Virus record (IMG/VR): IMGVR_UViG_3300028027_000001
From: a virus
DNA: 64,000 nucleotides
Strand: one strand, 5' to 3'
The position numbers were made by a program, and so were the translations under genes. Positions 18,067 to 27,978 of this stretch are shown here, piece by piece. Position 1 is the first letter of the stretch; every line of letters begins with the position of its first letter. Under the pieces are notes generated by a model. It was given only the letters and a program-made list of their open reading frames with translations, was not told the origin of the DNA and ran no database searches.

Positions 18067-18728
18067 ATAACGTTAGGGGTGTTTATATCATAATATGGGT
18101 AATATTTTGGGTTATTAATTTCTGGTGAGGTTTCATCCCAATTTACATAATCTTGGGATATATAAAATTTCTCATTAGAAATATAATATCCATTCCTTTC
18201 TAATTCCTTTTTAATTAGGTTTTGTCTTCTATAATCATAGTACCTTAAAAATGGCTCACCCGTTTCTTCATAATTCATATACGGGCCTGCAGGTAATGTG
18301 ATTATTAATTTTGAGTTTTTATCCTTTAATAGTTTACATGACTTATTGATTCCCGCTAAATCATGATTCCATCTACAGGTATCATCTTCTGCTAAACCAT
18401 TTGCCATACGATCTCCAGCAAACCAAAAACCAAAATGTTCAAATACTGAAATTGATATTATATAATCGTATTGGTTATTTTCATCAAATTCAATAAAATC
18501 ACCTTGGATATGTGACCATTGAGTATTTTCTCTTAACCAACATCCAGGATTTGATGGTCTGATGTCGGTTGTGGTTACATTTTTAAAACCCAATTCATGA
18601 ATTGACTCTGATACTCCTTCTACTCCTCCCTCACATTCCCCAATAATTAAAACCGATTTGGTATTATCAGTTAATTGATCAGTAAAATAAGGTACTTCTA
18701 CTAATTTGGTTCCTCTTAAATTAATCAT
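18039..18728 (-). CDS. Class I SAM-dependent methyltransferase
   Basis: VLIIG, TTDI, GDF, YDYIISISVFEHFG, LIITLP. Confidence 0.8.
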   Translation of the reverse strand: MINLRGTKLVEVPYFTDQLTDNTKSVLIIGECEGGVEGVSESIHELGFKNVTTTDIRPSNPGCWLRENTQWSHIQGDFIEFDENNQYDYIISISVFEHFGFWFAGDRMANGLAEDDTCRWNHDLAGINKSCKLLKDKNSKLIITLPAGPYMNYEETGEPFLRYYDYRRQNLIKKELERNGYYISNEKFYISQDYVNWDETSPEINNPKYYPYYDINTPNVIWGLTIQKI

Positions 18729-18753
18729 GTGTTATTTTTTGGTTTATTATATC

Positions 18754-19563
18754 TTAATATTTTAAAGGGGCACCATAATATGGAGCATCCCAATTTGATT
18801 GCATAACTATACCCAAATATTGTTCTGAAATTTGTTGTTCTGTTATTTCTAAATGTTTGTATTCATCATATTGTTGTCCATAGTGGAATACTTTAAACAT
18901 CGGTTCTATGGGCCATATTTTGAAGTTATTTCTGTATAATAACCACTCCCCATACCATGTAAATTCACTCGGGCAGAATCCAATTAGATCAGCAAATGTT
19001 AAATTATTTGGCTTACAGTATTCTTCTTCTAATGTTTCCCAAACATTACAATTCCATATGGATGGGGTCGGACCAAAATCATACACTCTTCCAGGACGAG
19101 AAAATAAACTTTGGATCTTTTTTCTATCGTCTTTGAATGATATCCTACAATCAAATGGTAAATTATTAAATTTACTAGTTGCTACCCAAGTATGAAGTTC
19201 TTTTTGTTCATGCATACATGTATAAGGGGTATTTACATCAAACATAAAATCACTTATACTGAATGGTTTAATAAAATATGAATCTGAATCTATCAGTACA
19301 TAATTTTCACATATGTTTAGTTTCCAAAAACTGGATTTTACTATCTGTTGAGTTAGCCATCCTGGGCCTGAGACATTGTAAATAGTTTCATCAAATACTA
19401 AATGGGCATTTTCAAAAATTGAAAATAAATCTTGATCTTCTCTTGGGATACTGATGTAAAAAGGTATATTATCAGTATTGTGTTGTTGGATTGAGTTATA
19501 TAATACTTTAACTCTTTCTAAGTCACCCCTATATGACTTGCAGTATAAAACTATTTTATGCAT
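18754..19563 (-). CDS. GT-A fold nucleotide-sugar transferase-like protein
   Basis: GWLTQQIVK, YVLIDSD (DxD), SEFTWYG. Confidence 0.7.
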   Translation of the reverse strand: MHKIVLYCKSYRGDLERVKVLYNSIQQHNTDNIPFYISIPREDQDLFSIFENAHLVFDETIYNVSGPGWLTQQIVKSSFWKLNICENYVLIDSDSYFIKPFSISDFMFDVNTPYTCMHEQKELHTWVATSKFNNLPFDCRISFKDDRKKIQSLFSRPGRVYDFGPTPSIWNCNVWETLEEEYCKPNNLTFADLIGFCPSEFTWYGEWLLYRNNFKIWPIEPMFKVFHYGQQYDEYKHLEITEQQISEQYLGIVMQSNWDAPYYGAPLKY

Positions 19564-20425
19564 TTTTTAATCCGTTAATCATTCCTACTTCGTTGAATAT
19601 AGGAAAATTTCCCCACTTATCCAACCATTTTTGAATGTTCTTTTTTTCCGCTTCAACTTGCCTTGGATCACTTTTACCATCAAATAATTCTAAACGATGT
19701 GAACCTCGAGCTCCAAAATGCCATACTAGTGAAGACCCAGTTAATAAAAACTTGAATCCCTTTTGTAACATCCTTAAAAACAAATCCATATCTTCCCAGC
19801 TAGCTGGGGCGAATATAGGATCATTCCCTCCTATTTCATCCCAATCACGCTTACGGATTAATCCCGATACACCTTCTCCTTTAGGTATTTCATAGGTTTT
19901 ATTAGCCCACATAAATTCCATAGCATAATCTTCAAATTCTCTAGCATTAAAATCATGATAATACGCACCAAAAATTTCTTTATCTACGATATATGTTCCA
20001 GGCCTTGAGGAAGGATTATTAAACATATTGGGTTCCATTCTGTGAGATGACACCCACAATTTTTCATCAGGATACTTTTCCAGAGTATCTAGTAATGCTT
20101 TATCCCACCATTTACCAACGTAAAAGTCTGAGTGTAAAAACATGATATATTCGGTTTCAACGCGATCCGCACAAAAATTCATTCCACCACCTATACCAAC
20201 CGGTACTTCGTTTTTATCAATGAAATATGTTAAATTGTATTGCTTAGCATTTTGTTCTAACCACTCATCTGTCCCATCGGTACAATTTTCGGCATGGATT
20301 ATGAATGGAGCGTCTGTGAAAAAGCTGTTTTTCCTAACGGAATGAACAGCTAATTTAAGATAATCCAAATTATTATAAGTGGAAATGCAAAATGTAAGAT
20401 AATGATCTTTATTAAATACCTGCAT
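19556..20425 (-). CDS. Family 2 glycosyltransferase
   Basis: ISTYNN, CTDGT, FLHSD, IGGND..F...SWEDMD. Confidence 0.9.
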   Translation of the reverse strand: MQVFNKDHYLTFCISTYNNLDYLKLAVHSVRKNSFFTDAPFIIHAENCTDGTDEWLEQNAKQYNLTYFIDKNEVPVGIGGGMNFCADRVETEYIMFLHSDFYVGKWWDKALLDTLEKYPDEKLWVSSHRMEPNMFNNPSSRPGTYIVDKEIFGAYYHDFNAREFEDYAMEFMWANKTYEIPKGEGVSGLIRKRDWDEIGGNDPIFAPASWEDMDLFLRMLQKGFKFLLTGSSLVWHFGARGSHRLELFDGKSDPRQVEAEKKNIQKWLDKWGNFPIFNEVGMINGLKNA

Positions 20426-21050
20426 ATAGATTATTTTGAAGGATCTGACGTTTTAATGTTTTTGGATGGTACAAACTCCATTCTTCCTCAAATGGTAATC
20501 GGGATAATGTTTGGTAACCTTTTACTGTTTCGTGTACTTTACCTTCCCATCTAATATTTGGGTCGCGTCTGAAAATACGAAGTTGTGGGTCAAAAGCATT
20601 AATCCAACCTTTTTCATTCATTGTCCATCCCATTTGATTAACATATATGTCTATCTCATTTGCATCACCTGATAGAGTGTTGATTCGAGGGACCCAATAT
20701 GCGTCAATAGATGGATTTAATTCCAAGACAGCTGGTAGAGACTTAATTAAGTTCTCGTGTGGTAATTCATCTGCGTCTAAATTACAGATAAAATCTTTAT
20801 TACACATATCAATGAGTTTATTTTTCCATGATGCGAAATCACGGTCAAAGTGGCCTTTACCCCACATAAATTCATTGTTAATTGAATGGGTACGGAGAAA
20901 ATTCTCCACCTCGGGATCACCATTTGCTTCATCATATAAAATGACAATGTTATCTTGTGGTCGCTTGTGCTGAAGCAAAAAGTGCACTAAACGTTGAATC
21001 TCAAGGAATTCATTACACACAGTAACCGAGTATGAAATTGATGGACTCAT
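20412..21050 (-). CDS. Family 2 glycosyltransferase
   Basis: LDADE, VPRIN, DPQLRIF, W.GKVHE. Confidence 0.9.
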   Translation of the reverse strand: MSPSISYSVTVCNEFLEIQRLVHFLLQHKRPQDNIVILYDEANGDPEVENFLRTHSINNEFMWGKGHFDRDFASWKNKLIDMCNKDFICNLDADELPHENLIKSLPAVLELNPSIDAYWVPRINTLSGDANEIDIYVNQMGWTMNEKGWINAFDPQLRIFRRDPNIRWEGKVHETVKGYQTLSRLPFEEEWSLYHPKTLKRQILQNNLYAGI

Positions 21051-21107
21051 ATTTTTTATTTTATGTAAATATATGAAAAAAGCCTGGTTTAACCAAGCTT
21101 TCTTATT

Positions 21108-21569
21108 TTATTTAGGTAATACTCCTAGTTCCTCAAGTGCACCAATATAGTCGCGCTCTGGGAAGTATTTGATGTTTGCCATATCTGGTCTATGAGTCAT
21201 GTACTTTCCTTTTTGTCCTGGGATTGGGTGGTTTTTTTGTTCAGCTTCAGGTATTTCTACTTGTTTTACTACAGCCCATCCCCAATTATCTACAGATGTT
21301 CCACCAGCATAAATCATTCCTAATTCATTTTTAATTAGGTTTGGAAACCATACTAAACCTGTTTCAGGATCCTTCCAAGCTAATTCTTTATGTAACTCAG
21401 GTAAACCTTGGATGGTTTGCTCATAAAATTCACTACCTTCAGTTAGTAGTGTGTTTGAATAGAAACCACAAGATAAGGATAAGTAGTTATAAATACCTTT
21501 AGATACTTCTGTTTTGTAGCAGAGGTCCCCTTTTGATTTAGGACAATTGATTATTTCGTCGTTTTGCAT
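21108..21569 (-). CDS. Hypothetical phage protein
   Basis: ORF packing. Confidence 0.7.
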   Translation of the reverse strand: MQNDEIINCPKSKGDLCYKTEVSKGIYNYLSLSCGFYSNTLLTEGSEFYEQTIQGLPELHKELAWKDPETGLVWFPNLIKNELGMIYAGGTSVDNWGWAVVKQVEIPEAEQKNHPIPGQKGKYMTHRPDMANIKYFPERDYIGALEELGVLPK

Positions 21570-21575
21570 ATTATT

Positions 21576-22232
21576 TTATTTTAGGTATAAATGTTTAAGT
21601 ACTACTCTTTTAATTTGTTCTTTTATTAATTCATTTTTAGTTATACCCTTCAATTCTCTTTTTTTAGGATAAACTATTTTTTTATATGCCTCAGAAGGAG
21701 AGATTGATAAGTGTTCAGATAACCCCATTACTTTGTATTCATCAACGGGTGATAAATTTTTCTTAACAATCCAAACCCTATCATTAACCCAAGAAACATT
21801 ATATTTTTCAGATAATAATGATCTCCATCTTTCTAAAAAACTTTCATCTGAGTATATCCTTTCATGAGATTCAGTTAATCCACTAAAAGAAACTATGTCT
21901 GGGGAAATGGTAGATATAAATGAATATACTATTTTAAATAAAGTGGATGTTACTTTGAGAAAGCTTGAAGGGGTTTTTAGTTTATCAGATATATCACCCC
22001 ATTTCCAACTAACGTCCCAATATTTTGAAAGAGAATATTTTTTATGATCTATTGGGGCCCTATCAATGTCGTAATGATTTCTAAAATTTACAATAGCTAT
22101 TACATCTCCATCCAAAATGACTTTATATTCAAAATCATTTGACTTAAAGTAATCTAATGGAGAATCATATAACTCATTTAAAAAATGAGAATAATATTTT
22201 TTTACATATTCCTTAATTAACTTGGAATCCAT
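21576..22232 (-). CDS. Hypothetical protein, paralog family with 26969 and 46508
   Basis: FLKVTSTLFKIVYSFI...PDIVSFSG...IY. Confidence 0.7.
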   Translation of the reverse strand: MDSKLIKEYVKKYYSHFLNELYDSPLDYFKSNDFEYKVILDGDVIAIVNFRNHYDIDRAPIDHKKYSLSKYWDVSWKWGDISDKLKTPSSFLKVTSTLFKIVYSFISTISPDIVSFSGLTESHERIYSDESFLERWRSLLSEKYNVSWVNDRVWIVKKNLSPVDEYKVMGLSEHLSISPSEAYKKIVYPKKRELKGITKNELIKEQIKRVVLKHLYLK

Positions 22233-23527
22233 TATTGTTCTATTTTTTTAAGTTTAGGAAGAGTTGGGAGTGTTAGAGGAACCTGTTTAACTGGGGATGG
22301 AATAGCATCAAGGATTGTTTTGAATTTATCTTTCATATTATCGAATGAAAAATTATTTCTTGTATGGTAACCTTGGCGCTTAGCTAATTCAGCATACTTT
22401 TTATAATTGTCGAACATGTCTAAAATCACACTTGACGCCTGTTGAATATCAACGCTAAACCAGCTCGCTTCTTTCAACAGCATATTATTCGCTGCTGATT
22501 GATGAATAGGCGTTAAATTACCGCCTAAAAGCGCAGTAAACTCAGGTTTTAAATAATCTAATTGACCGCTCCACCCGGTAGTAATAATTGGTTTATTAAT
22601 TGATGAGAATTCACATAACGTTCTTCCCCAACCTTCTCCTTTAGTTAATGAAACCATACATTTTACTTTAGGATGATTATACAGCTTATTAATTTCTTCA
22701 TCTGTAAATTCACCATGTAACAAGTAAATATTAGGTAATGTATTCGCTACAACTGTTTTTTTAATTTCGTTAATTCGTTTAAGGATTTCTTCACGATCTG
22801 TATATGATGCTGAAACAGTAGATGTTTTAAGTATAAGTGCAGGAGTATTTTTCTTATTCTTGAATAATTCAAGGAATAACTTGATTAGCAATCCAACATT
22901 TTTTCTATCTTCACCAATTGGTGTATTTCCAACCCACATTGAATTGAATAAATAACAAAATTTTTCTGGGATTGTGTCTAGATTAAATTCAGAGTTATCA
23001 ACATCTGTTATTTTATATGTGTTTAGATCAACACCTTCTAATAATGTATCTCCTGGTTTAGTCCATTCAATTAAACCAATGTTTTGGTTTGTATTTTTGT
23101 CTACTTTATGGAATTTACTTGAACGTAACACATCAATTGTATGTTTTGATGAACCTAATACTAAATCCATACGTTGACATCCTTCTACCCAATCAGACGG
23201 AGCTATTGTAGATTCAATACCTGCGGTAATTCCACAATTCCATCCCCCAATTGGTTGAAATTCACCTGGGATGGTATGCATGAAGAAAAAATCAGGTTTA
23301 TATGTGATTTGTTTAGTAGGAAGAAAATATTCTTCTAAAAACTTCCATTCAGGATTAATATCAATAAAATTAGTTGGTGTGTTGCCCCAAGCACATGGTA
23401 GGATTTTAATATCCCACTCATCTTTTTTTAATTCGATTAATGCCTTTGCAATATTTCTCCCACACGCCCCGTAACCACTAAAAGTAGTTACTGGAGAGTA
23501 TAAGATGCATGTATATGCTTTTTTCAT
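22232..23527 (-). CDS. GT-B (GT4-like) glycosyltransferase
   Basis: SGYG, DRKNVG, TKGEGWGRTLCEF, PIITTGWSGQLDY. Confidence 0.9.
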   Translation of the reverse strand: MKKAYTCILYSPVTTFSGYGACGRNIAKALIELKKDEWDIKILPCAWGNTPTNFIDINPEWKFLEEYFLPTKQITYKPDFFFMHTIPGEFQPIGGWNCGITAGIESTIAPSDWVEGCQRMDLVLGSSKHTIDVLRSSKFHKVDKNTNQNIGLIEWTKPGDTLLEGVDLNTYKITDVDNSEFNLDTIPEKFCYLFNSMWVGNTPIGEDRKNVGLLIKLFLELFKNKKNTPALILKTSTVSASYTDREEILKRINEIKKTVVANTLPNIYLLHGEFTDEEINKLYNHPKVKCMVSLTKGEGWGRTLCEFSSINKPIITTGWSGQLDYLKPEFTALLGGNLTPIHQSAANNMLLKEASWFSVDIQQASSVILDMFDNYKKYAELAKRQGYHTRNNFSFDNMKDKFKTILDAIPSPVKQVPLTLPTLPKLKKIEQ

Positions 23528-23538
23528 ATTTGTTATTG

Positions 23539-24456
23539 TTATTTTAAATTATTAATATTAAATTTATCTATTTCATCTTCCCATATTCTATAAAGAGTAT
23601 ATCCTTTTTCCATAGCTAATTTATTTTTTACTCTATCATTAATTCTATTTCTCTTTTGGGTTTCATTTAAGTCATTATAGCCTTTATCTTTACCATGCCA
23701 ATATATACCATCAATTTCTATCAATATGTTTTTATGGGGAATGTAAAAATCATATACCTTGTATGGGGTTTTACCTCCCTTATATTCTATAACATGTTGG
23801 AATATATGAGAAACATTATGCTCATCCAATATTTGTTTAAATTTTAATTCAGGTTTTGTATTAGTTCCATTTAAACTACCGTTAATTTGGTTTTTTTCGA
23901 TGTTGGATTTACATAAACACTTTCTAGAGCAATAGCTACCTATATTTATCTTTCCTTCATAATACTTTATTAAAGAAGTATATACTATAAATTCTTTATC
24001 ACAATATAAACAATTATTTATTTGGGTTGCATTTTTAGTCCTTTGAAGGTTTTTACATGAAACCGAGCAGTATTTTTGGGATGAGTTCCAATTTTGGGTT
24101 GTAAAGGGTTTAGAACAATATTCACAACTATTTTTTAATTTTTCTTGAGTAATACTGTTATAAAAACATTTTCGACATACATCATTATTAGCTGAAGATG
24201 TTAAAAATGCAGGATATGTTTGAAACTTTTGAGTTTCCCCACATGATGGGCAATTTTTTACCCACAGGTCTGGGTTTTTAGATATTCCTGTGTATTTGTT
24301 TTTGTGTTGGCTACTTTTATCATATTCTTCTTTTTTGCATTGAGAGCATGAATAATTTAACCCATCTTTAGTAGCATTGTTTTTATAAAAATATTTTACA
24401 TCTTTTTCAATATTGCACCTACAACATTTCTTTTTTTTCTCTTCCATTTTCAACAT
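23539..24456 (-). CDS. Putative homing endonuclease with Zn-finger repeats and a Vsr/DUF559-like nuclease domain
   Basis: Many CxxC and YCS..C motifs; TKPE...YDFY...IEIDGIYWH...D..KN...RIWE. Confidence 0.8.
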   Translation of the reverse strand: MLKMEEKKKKCCRCNIEKDVKYFYKNNATKDGLNYSCSQCKKEEYDKSSQHKNKYTGISKNPDLWVKNCPSCGETQKFQTYPAFLTSSANNDVCRKCFYNSITQEKLKNSCEYCSKPFTTQNWNSSQKYCSVSCKNLQRTKNATQINNCLYCDKEFIVYTSLIKYYEGKINIGSYCSRKCLCKSNIEKNQINGSLNGTNTKPELKFKQILDEHNVSHIFQHVIEYKGGKTPYKVYDFYIPHKNILIEIDGIYWHGKDKGYNDLNETQKRNRINDRVKNKLAMEKGYTLYRIWEDEIDKFNINNLK

Positions 24457-24565
24457 ATTTAATAATAATTTGTTCTACCAATTTTTGTAATTTTAAGCCG
24501 TTCTCATCACAATATTGTTTTAATTGAGTGTGGACTTCTTCTCTGATAATAATTGATTTTTTCAT
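24419..24565 (-). CDS. Ribbon-helix-helix-like small protein (48 aa, not in ORF track)
   Basis: MKKSIIIREEVHTQLKQYCDENGLKLQKLVEQIIIKYVENGREKKEML; ATATTTATA motif directly upstream. Confidence 0.7.
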   Translation of the reverse strand: MKKSIIIREEVHTQLKQYCDENGLKLQKLVEQIIIKYVENGREKKEML

Positions 24566-24583
24566 TTTATTATAAATATGTAG

Positions 24584-24605
24584 AGGGTATACCAAAGTAT
24601 ACCCT
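24584..24605. promoter_or_regulatory. Perfect 9-bp inverted repeat (operator or terminator)
   Basis: AGGGTATAC-CAAA-GTATACCCT upstream of the RHH gene promoter. Confidence 0.5.
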
Positions 24606-24619
24606 TGTATAACTTGATT

Positions 24620-25561
24620 TTAATAAATTAGTTTTGTATTTCTTGTTGTGTCTGGAGTATACGAAGTAGCATTCACTAATTCAAATGTTTCTCTAGGTTC
24701 CCAAGTATTAAATAACACATCAATTGCTTCAATAGCACGTTGACCCATAATTTCACTTGTAAATCCCGCTTCGTTTAATGCCCATTCTCTACCAGCTAAA
24801 CCTCTACGTTTTCTTTCTGTTGATTCTAATGAGTAAATATTGAAAATTTGTTCAGCTGCATCTTCAGGTTTACATCTATCATCACTGATGTATGGTGTTT
24901 TAGGTGAACCTTGGATTGAAATATTGGTTGGGAATACAGGAAACGCCCATTCACCGTGGTTTTTGTATGTGCCTCTGTGGTTTGAAGGGAAATCAGCTGT
25001 GAAGTCTAACCATTCACCATTTTCATTTTCAAATCTCATTTGATCTTGCATACCACCTTGAACGTTTGCTATAATTGGTGTTCCTGATACTATGGCCTCA
25101 GCTAAAGATAACCCAAACCCCTCATTACTACTTAATAATATTTGAGCATCAGCCATATTGTATAACAAATTCATGGCGTCTGGTGAGTTGCGGTCAGTTG
25201 AAAAATAGATGTTTGATTTATAATCAGCTAATAAATAATCTACTACAGCAATTAAATCAGTCCCGTGGTCACTCACTGGTTCAGTGTGAAGAAGGAACGC
25301 ACATTTTTGTGCTTGCTCAGGGGTTAATTTATCTAAAAATAAACGAAACGCCAGCAATGCATCTGGGATTTGTTTGCGGCGCATATTTCTAGAGTTAAAG
25401 AATAATACGAAATCGTATTCTTTCTCTTTAAAGAATTTTTTCTTCATATCTACTAACTCAAGGGTGTTGGGATCTAATGGTTTAAATACATTATGATTAA
25501 CACCATGAGGAAGATAAGATAAAAGGATTGGACTGTTTCTATTTGTTTTCATTTTGTTCAT
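24620..25561 (-). CDS. GT-B glycosyltransferase, C-terminal part
   Basis: YLPHGV, NSRNMRRKQ, NEGFGLSLAEA, PIIANVQGGMQDQ; lacks the N-terminal Rossmann domain. Confidence 0.85.
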   Translation of the reverse strand: MNKMKTNRNSPILLSYLPHGVNHNVFKPLDPNTLELVDMKKKFFKEKEYDFVLFFNSRNMRRKQIPDALLAFRLFLDKLTPEQAQKCAFLLHTEPVSDHGTDLIAVVDYLLADYKSNIYFSTDRNSPDAMNLLYNMADAQILLSSNEGFGLSLAEAIVSGTPIIANVQGGMQDQMRFENENGEWLDFTADFPSNHRGTYKNHGEWAFPVFPTNISIQGSPKTPYISDDRCKPEDAAEQIFNIYSLESTERKRRGLAGREWALNEAGFTSEIMGQRAIEAIDVLFNTWEPRETFELVNATSYTPDTTRNTKLIY

Positions 25562-25691
25562 TTATATAATTTAAAACTGTTTTTTCGATAAAACCTCCAA
25601 TTTTTAAAGTATTGTCCTCACAATACTCTTTTATTTTAATATACGAATCTTCTCCGAAGGTCACAGTATATTTTTTCTTTTTTTCTTTCAT
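25539..25691 (-). CDS. Ribbon-helix-helix-like small protein (50 aa, not in ORF track)
   Basis: MKEKKKKYTVTFGEDSYIKIKEYCEDNTLKIGGFIEKTVLNYINEQNENK; ATGA-coupled to the HNH gene. Confidence 0.65.
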   Translation of the reverse strand: MKEKKKKYTVTFGEDSYIKIKEYCEDNTLKIGGFIEKTVLNYINEQNENK

Positions 25692-26344
25692 AATAACTTT
25701 TTTCCTTTGTTTCTGTTACCTATTTGATCTGTGTACCCGAATGACTCTGCTATTTCTGTTGTTTTGAATAAGGGTTGATGGTTAGAATAGTGAAAACATT
25801 TTTCCAAATCACCTTCTTGAGTAAAATCAAACGAGGCACATGGTAATATATGATCTATTTCCCAAACATCCCCGTGATTTTCCCAAGTCATTTCCGGTGA
25901 AAATAATGACTCAATATATTGTTTAAATTCTTCAACAGTACAACCTAATATCTCCATGGTTTTTTTAGATTTAGTAAAACCAGTTATCAAAGAATATATT
26001 CTAGATGTGGTAAGTTTTCTTAGTTTATAACTAATATCTTTCCCATATCTTCTTTGTTGGGCTAAATTATTATTTTTTAAATTAACTTTATTATATTCTT
26101 TTTGTCTATTAGGATGTTTTTGATCATACTCTTTTCTTTTTTGAGCAAATTTTTCTTTATTACTATGGTAATATTGGTTGTCATTTTGGTTTTTTCTTTT
26201 TCTATTTTCCTCATTACTTCTATACTCTATTTGGTATTGTTTTTCACAAGGAATGCACTTGCTAGAATGTCCACCTTTCACATGATTATTTATATAAAAT
26301 TCATTATATGGTTTATACTCTTTACATCTACAACATGTTTTCAT
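25688..26344 (-). CDS. HNH homing endonuclease
   Basis: N-terminal CxxC; LGC...MTWENHG..WEIDHILP...CFHYSNHQPL...N..K. Confidence 0.85.
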   Translation of the reverse strand: MKTCCRCKEYKPYNEFYINNHVKGGHSSKCIPCEKQYQIEYRSNEENRKRKNQNDNQYYHSNKEKFAQKRKEYDQKHPNRQKEYNKVNLKNNNLAQQRRYGKDISYKLRKLTTSRIYSLITGFTKSKKTMEILGCTVEEFKQYIESLFSPEMTWENHGDVWEIDHILPCASFDFTQEGDLEKCFHYSNHQPLFKTTEIAESFGYTDQIGNRNKGKKLL

Positions 26345-26405
26345 AATTATGTTTTTATTATAAATATGTTAAAAATAATGCAAAGTCATGAAACGGAATG
26401 AAAAA

Positions 26406-26963
26406 TTATGAAATTTTTTCTTTGTCAATATCAATATAAGGAATATCTCCCAATACTACCTTATTAACATTAAGGGTTTGTTTGGATATAGATAGTAACA
26501 TATCACAAGATTCATAATACGATTTGTTCCATAATGGATATGGTGTGGGTGAATCCCAAATATTTAGATAAATTATTGGGATTTGTTTTCTAACTTCATT
26601 TTCAATAGCAAACAACCACTCATAGTACCTAGGATCTGAAATAAATAAAATAGCATCAGGTTTCTCGGTTTTTAACAACGTGCGAATCAAATTAGCATCT
26701 CCATACCCACTTACAGGATATAAAAATACAGATGCATCTTCAACACCTGATGTTTTAGCAGTATCTGCAGATAAATCTAAACGTTTACCAGCTTCTGGGT
26801 GGTTTATGGCTCCTCCTATTGCTACAAAATTGTAGTGATGACATGTATTTAAGGTCAATTCACGGGCTACAGTCGCCACCCCGCTAAAAACCCTGAGATC
26901 GTCCGCAATTAATAATATTTTTTTCCTTTGTTCTTTAGGTATATAACCTGGTTTTTCTTTCAT
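26406..26963 (-). CDS. GT-B glycosyltransferase, N-terminal part
   Basis: KKILLIADD...SGVATVARE, EKPDAILF..DPRY, ESCD.LLSISKQT. Confidence 0.85.
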   Translation of the reverse strand: MKEKPGYIPKEQRKKILLIADDLRVFSGVATVARELTLNTCHHYNFVAIGGAINHPEAGKRLDLSADTAKTSGVEDASVFLYPVSGYGDANLIRTLLKTEKPDAILFISDPRYYEWLFAIENEVRKQIPIIYLNIWDSPTPYPLWNKSYYESCDMLLSISKQTLNVNKVVLGDIPYIDIDKEKIS

Positions 26964-26968
26964 ATAAC

Positions 26969-27493
26969 TTATTTTTTAGTTTTATAAACATTATATCCAT
27001 CATTTTTTGTTGATGATGAATACCCATTTATGGTTTTTAATTGTTTTAAAATATAAGCCCCATAGGTATTATTTTTTTGTTTTTCTCCTCCTTCACCAAC
27101 TTTACCACTACCTTCGATATAAAGACAATCGGGGTTATTTTTACTAATAAAATCTTTAACAATAACTGTTACTGTGGATAATATTCGGAGTAAATGTTTT
27201 ATTGAAGTTTTAACATATTGGTTATTATCACCCCCAACATCGTAACCTACATTATAATAAGTATTAAAATTTCTTAATGTTGGAGAAAAACAATATTTCC
27301 ATTCCTCACTACCAATCTCAAATTTATCAAAATTCACATCCACCACCACATTCTCCCCGTTCATTTCAATATGAAAAAAATAGTGGAGAGGTGATGTTGA
27401 TTTAAAATCGAGGGGGGGAATGTTAGATTCACCTATTTCATTTATTACAGATTCGGTAATAGTTTTAACTAAAATATTTTTAAAATTAGACAT
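26969..27493 (-). CDS. Hypothetical protein, paralog family with 21576 and 46508
   Basis: LLRILSTVTVIVKDFI...PDCLYIEG...TY. Confidence 0.7.
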   Translation of the reverse strand: MSNFKNILVKTITESVINEIGESNIPPLDFKSTSPLHYFFHIEMNGENVVVDVNFDKFEIGSEEWKYCFSPTLRNFNTYYNVGYDVGGDNNQYVKTSIKHLLRILSTVTVIVKDFISKNNPDCLYIEGSGKVGEGGEKQKNNTYGAYILKQLKTINGYSSSTKNDGYNVYKTKK

Positions 27494-27534
27494 AACTTAT
27501 TTTTTAATTTTAACGGGAATATACTAACTCCCTA

Positions 27535-27723
27535 TTACTTATCCAAATATTTTACCTCAGTTGTATGGATTAGTTTCCTAAATTCTGGGTCTGTGTTGTA
27601 CAGATGCATTGCTCTTTCGGTTAATTTTTGAAGAGAGAATTTTTGTTTTATCGTATTCACGCGAAATTCTTCAAATAGATCTTTGTCTACTTTTACTGAT
27701 GTTAATTGTTGGTTTGCACTCAT
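27535..27723 (-). CDS. Ribbon-helix-helix DNA-binding protein
   Basis: LTSVKVDKDLFEEFR...SLQKLTERAMHLY. Confidence 0.7.
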   Translation of the reverse strand: MSANQQLTSVKVDKDLFEEFRVNTIKQKFSLQKLTERAMHLYNTDPEFRKLIHTTEVKYLDK

Positions 27724-27794
27724 TTTAGTATATATTATAGTTCGTATATAAATATGGTGGAGGGATGTGTGAGTATATTCTTATATAACTTTAA

Positions 27795-27976
27795 TTATTT
27801 AACACCAATCCCCTCACCATCCAAATACACTAACTTTACTACCCTATCTCCATCTATAATGGATATTGTGGGGTACTCATCATCAGGTATAGGATGTGTT
27901 GGTTTAATTTCAATTTTATACTCCCAACAAAGTTTATCTACTTTACTTAAAAATTCTACTATTCTATCTTCCATAA
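27795..27976 (-). CDS. Hypothetical protein (start probably MEDRIV)
   Basis: AAAGTTATG start motif inside the longer listed ORF. Confidence 0.55.
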
Positions 27977-27978
27977 CT

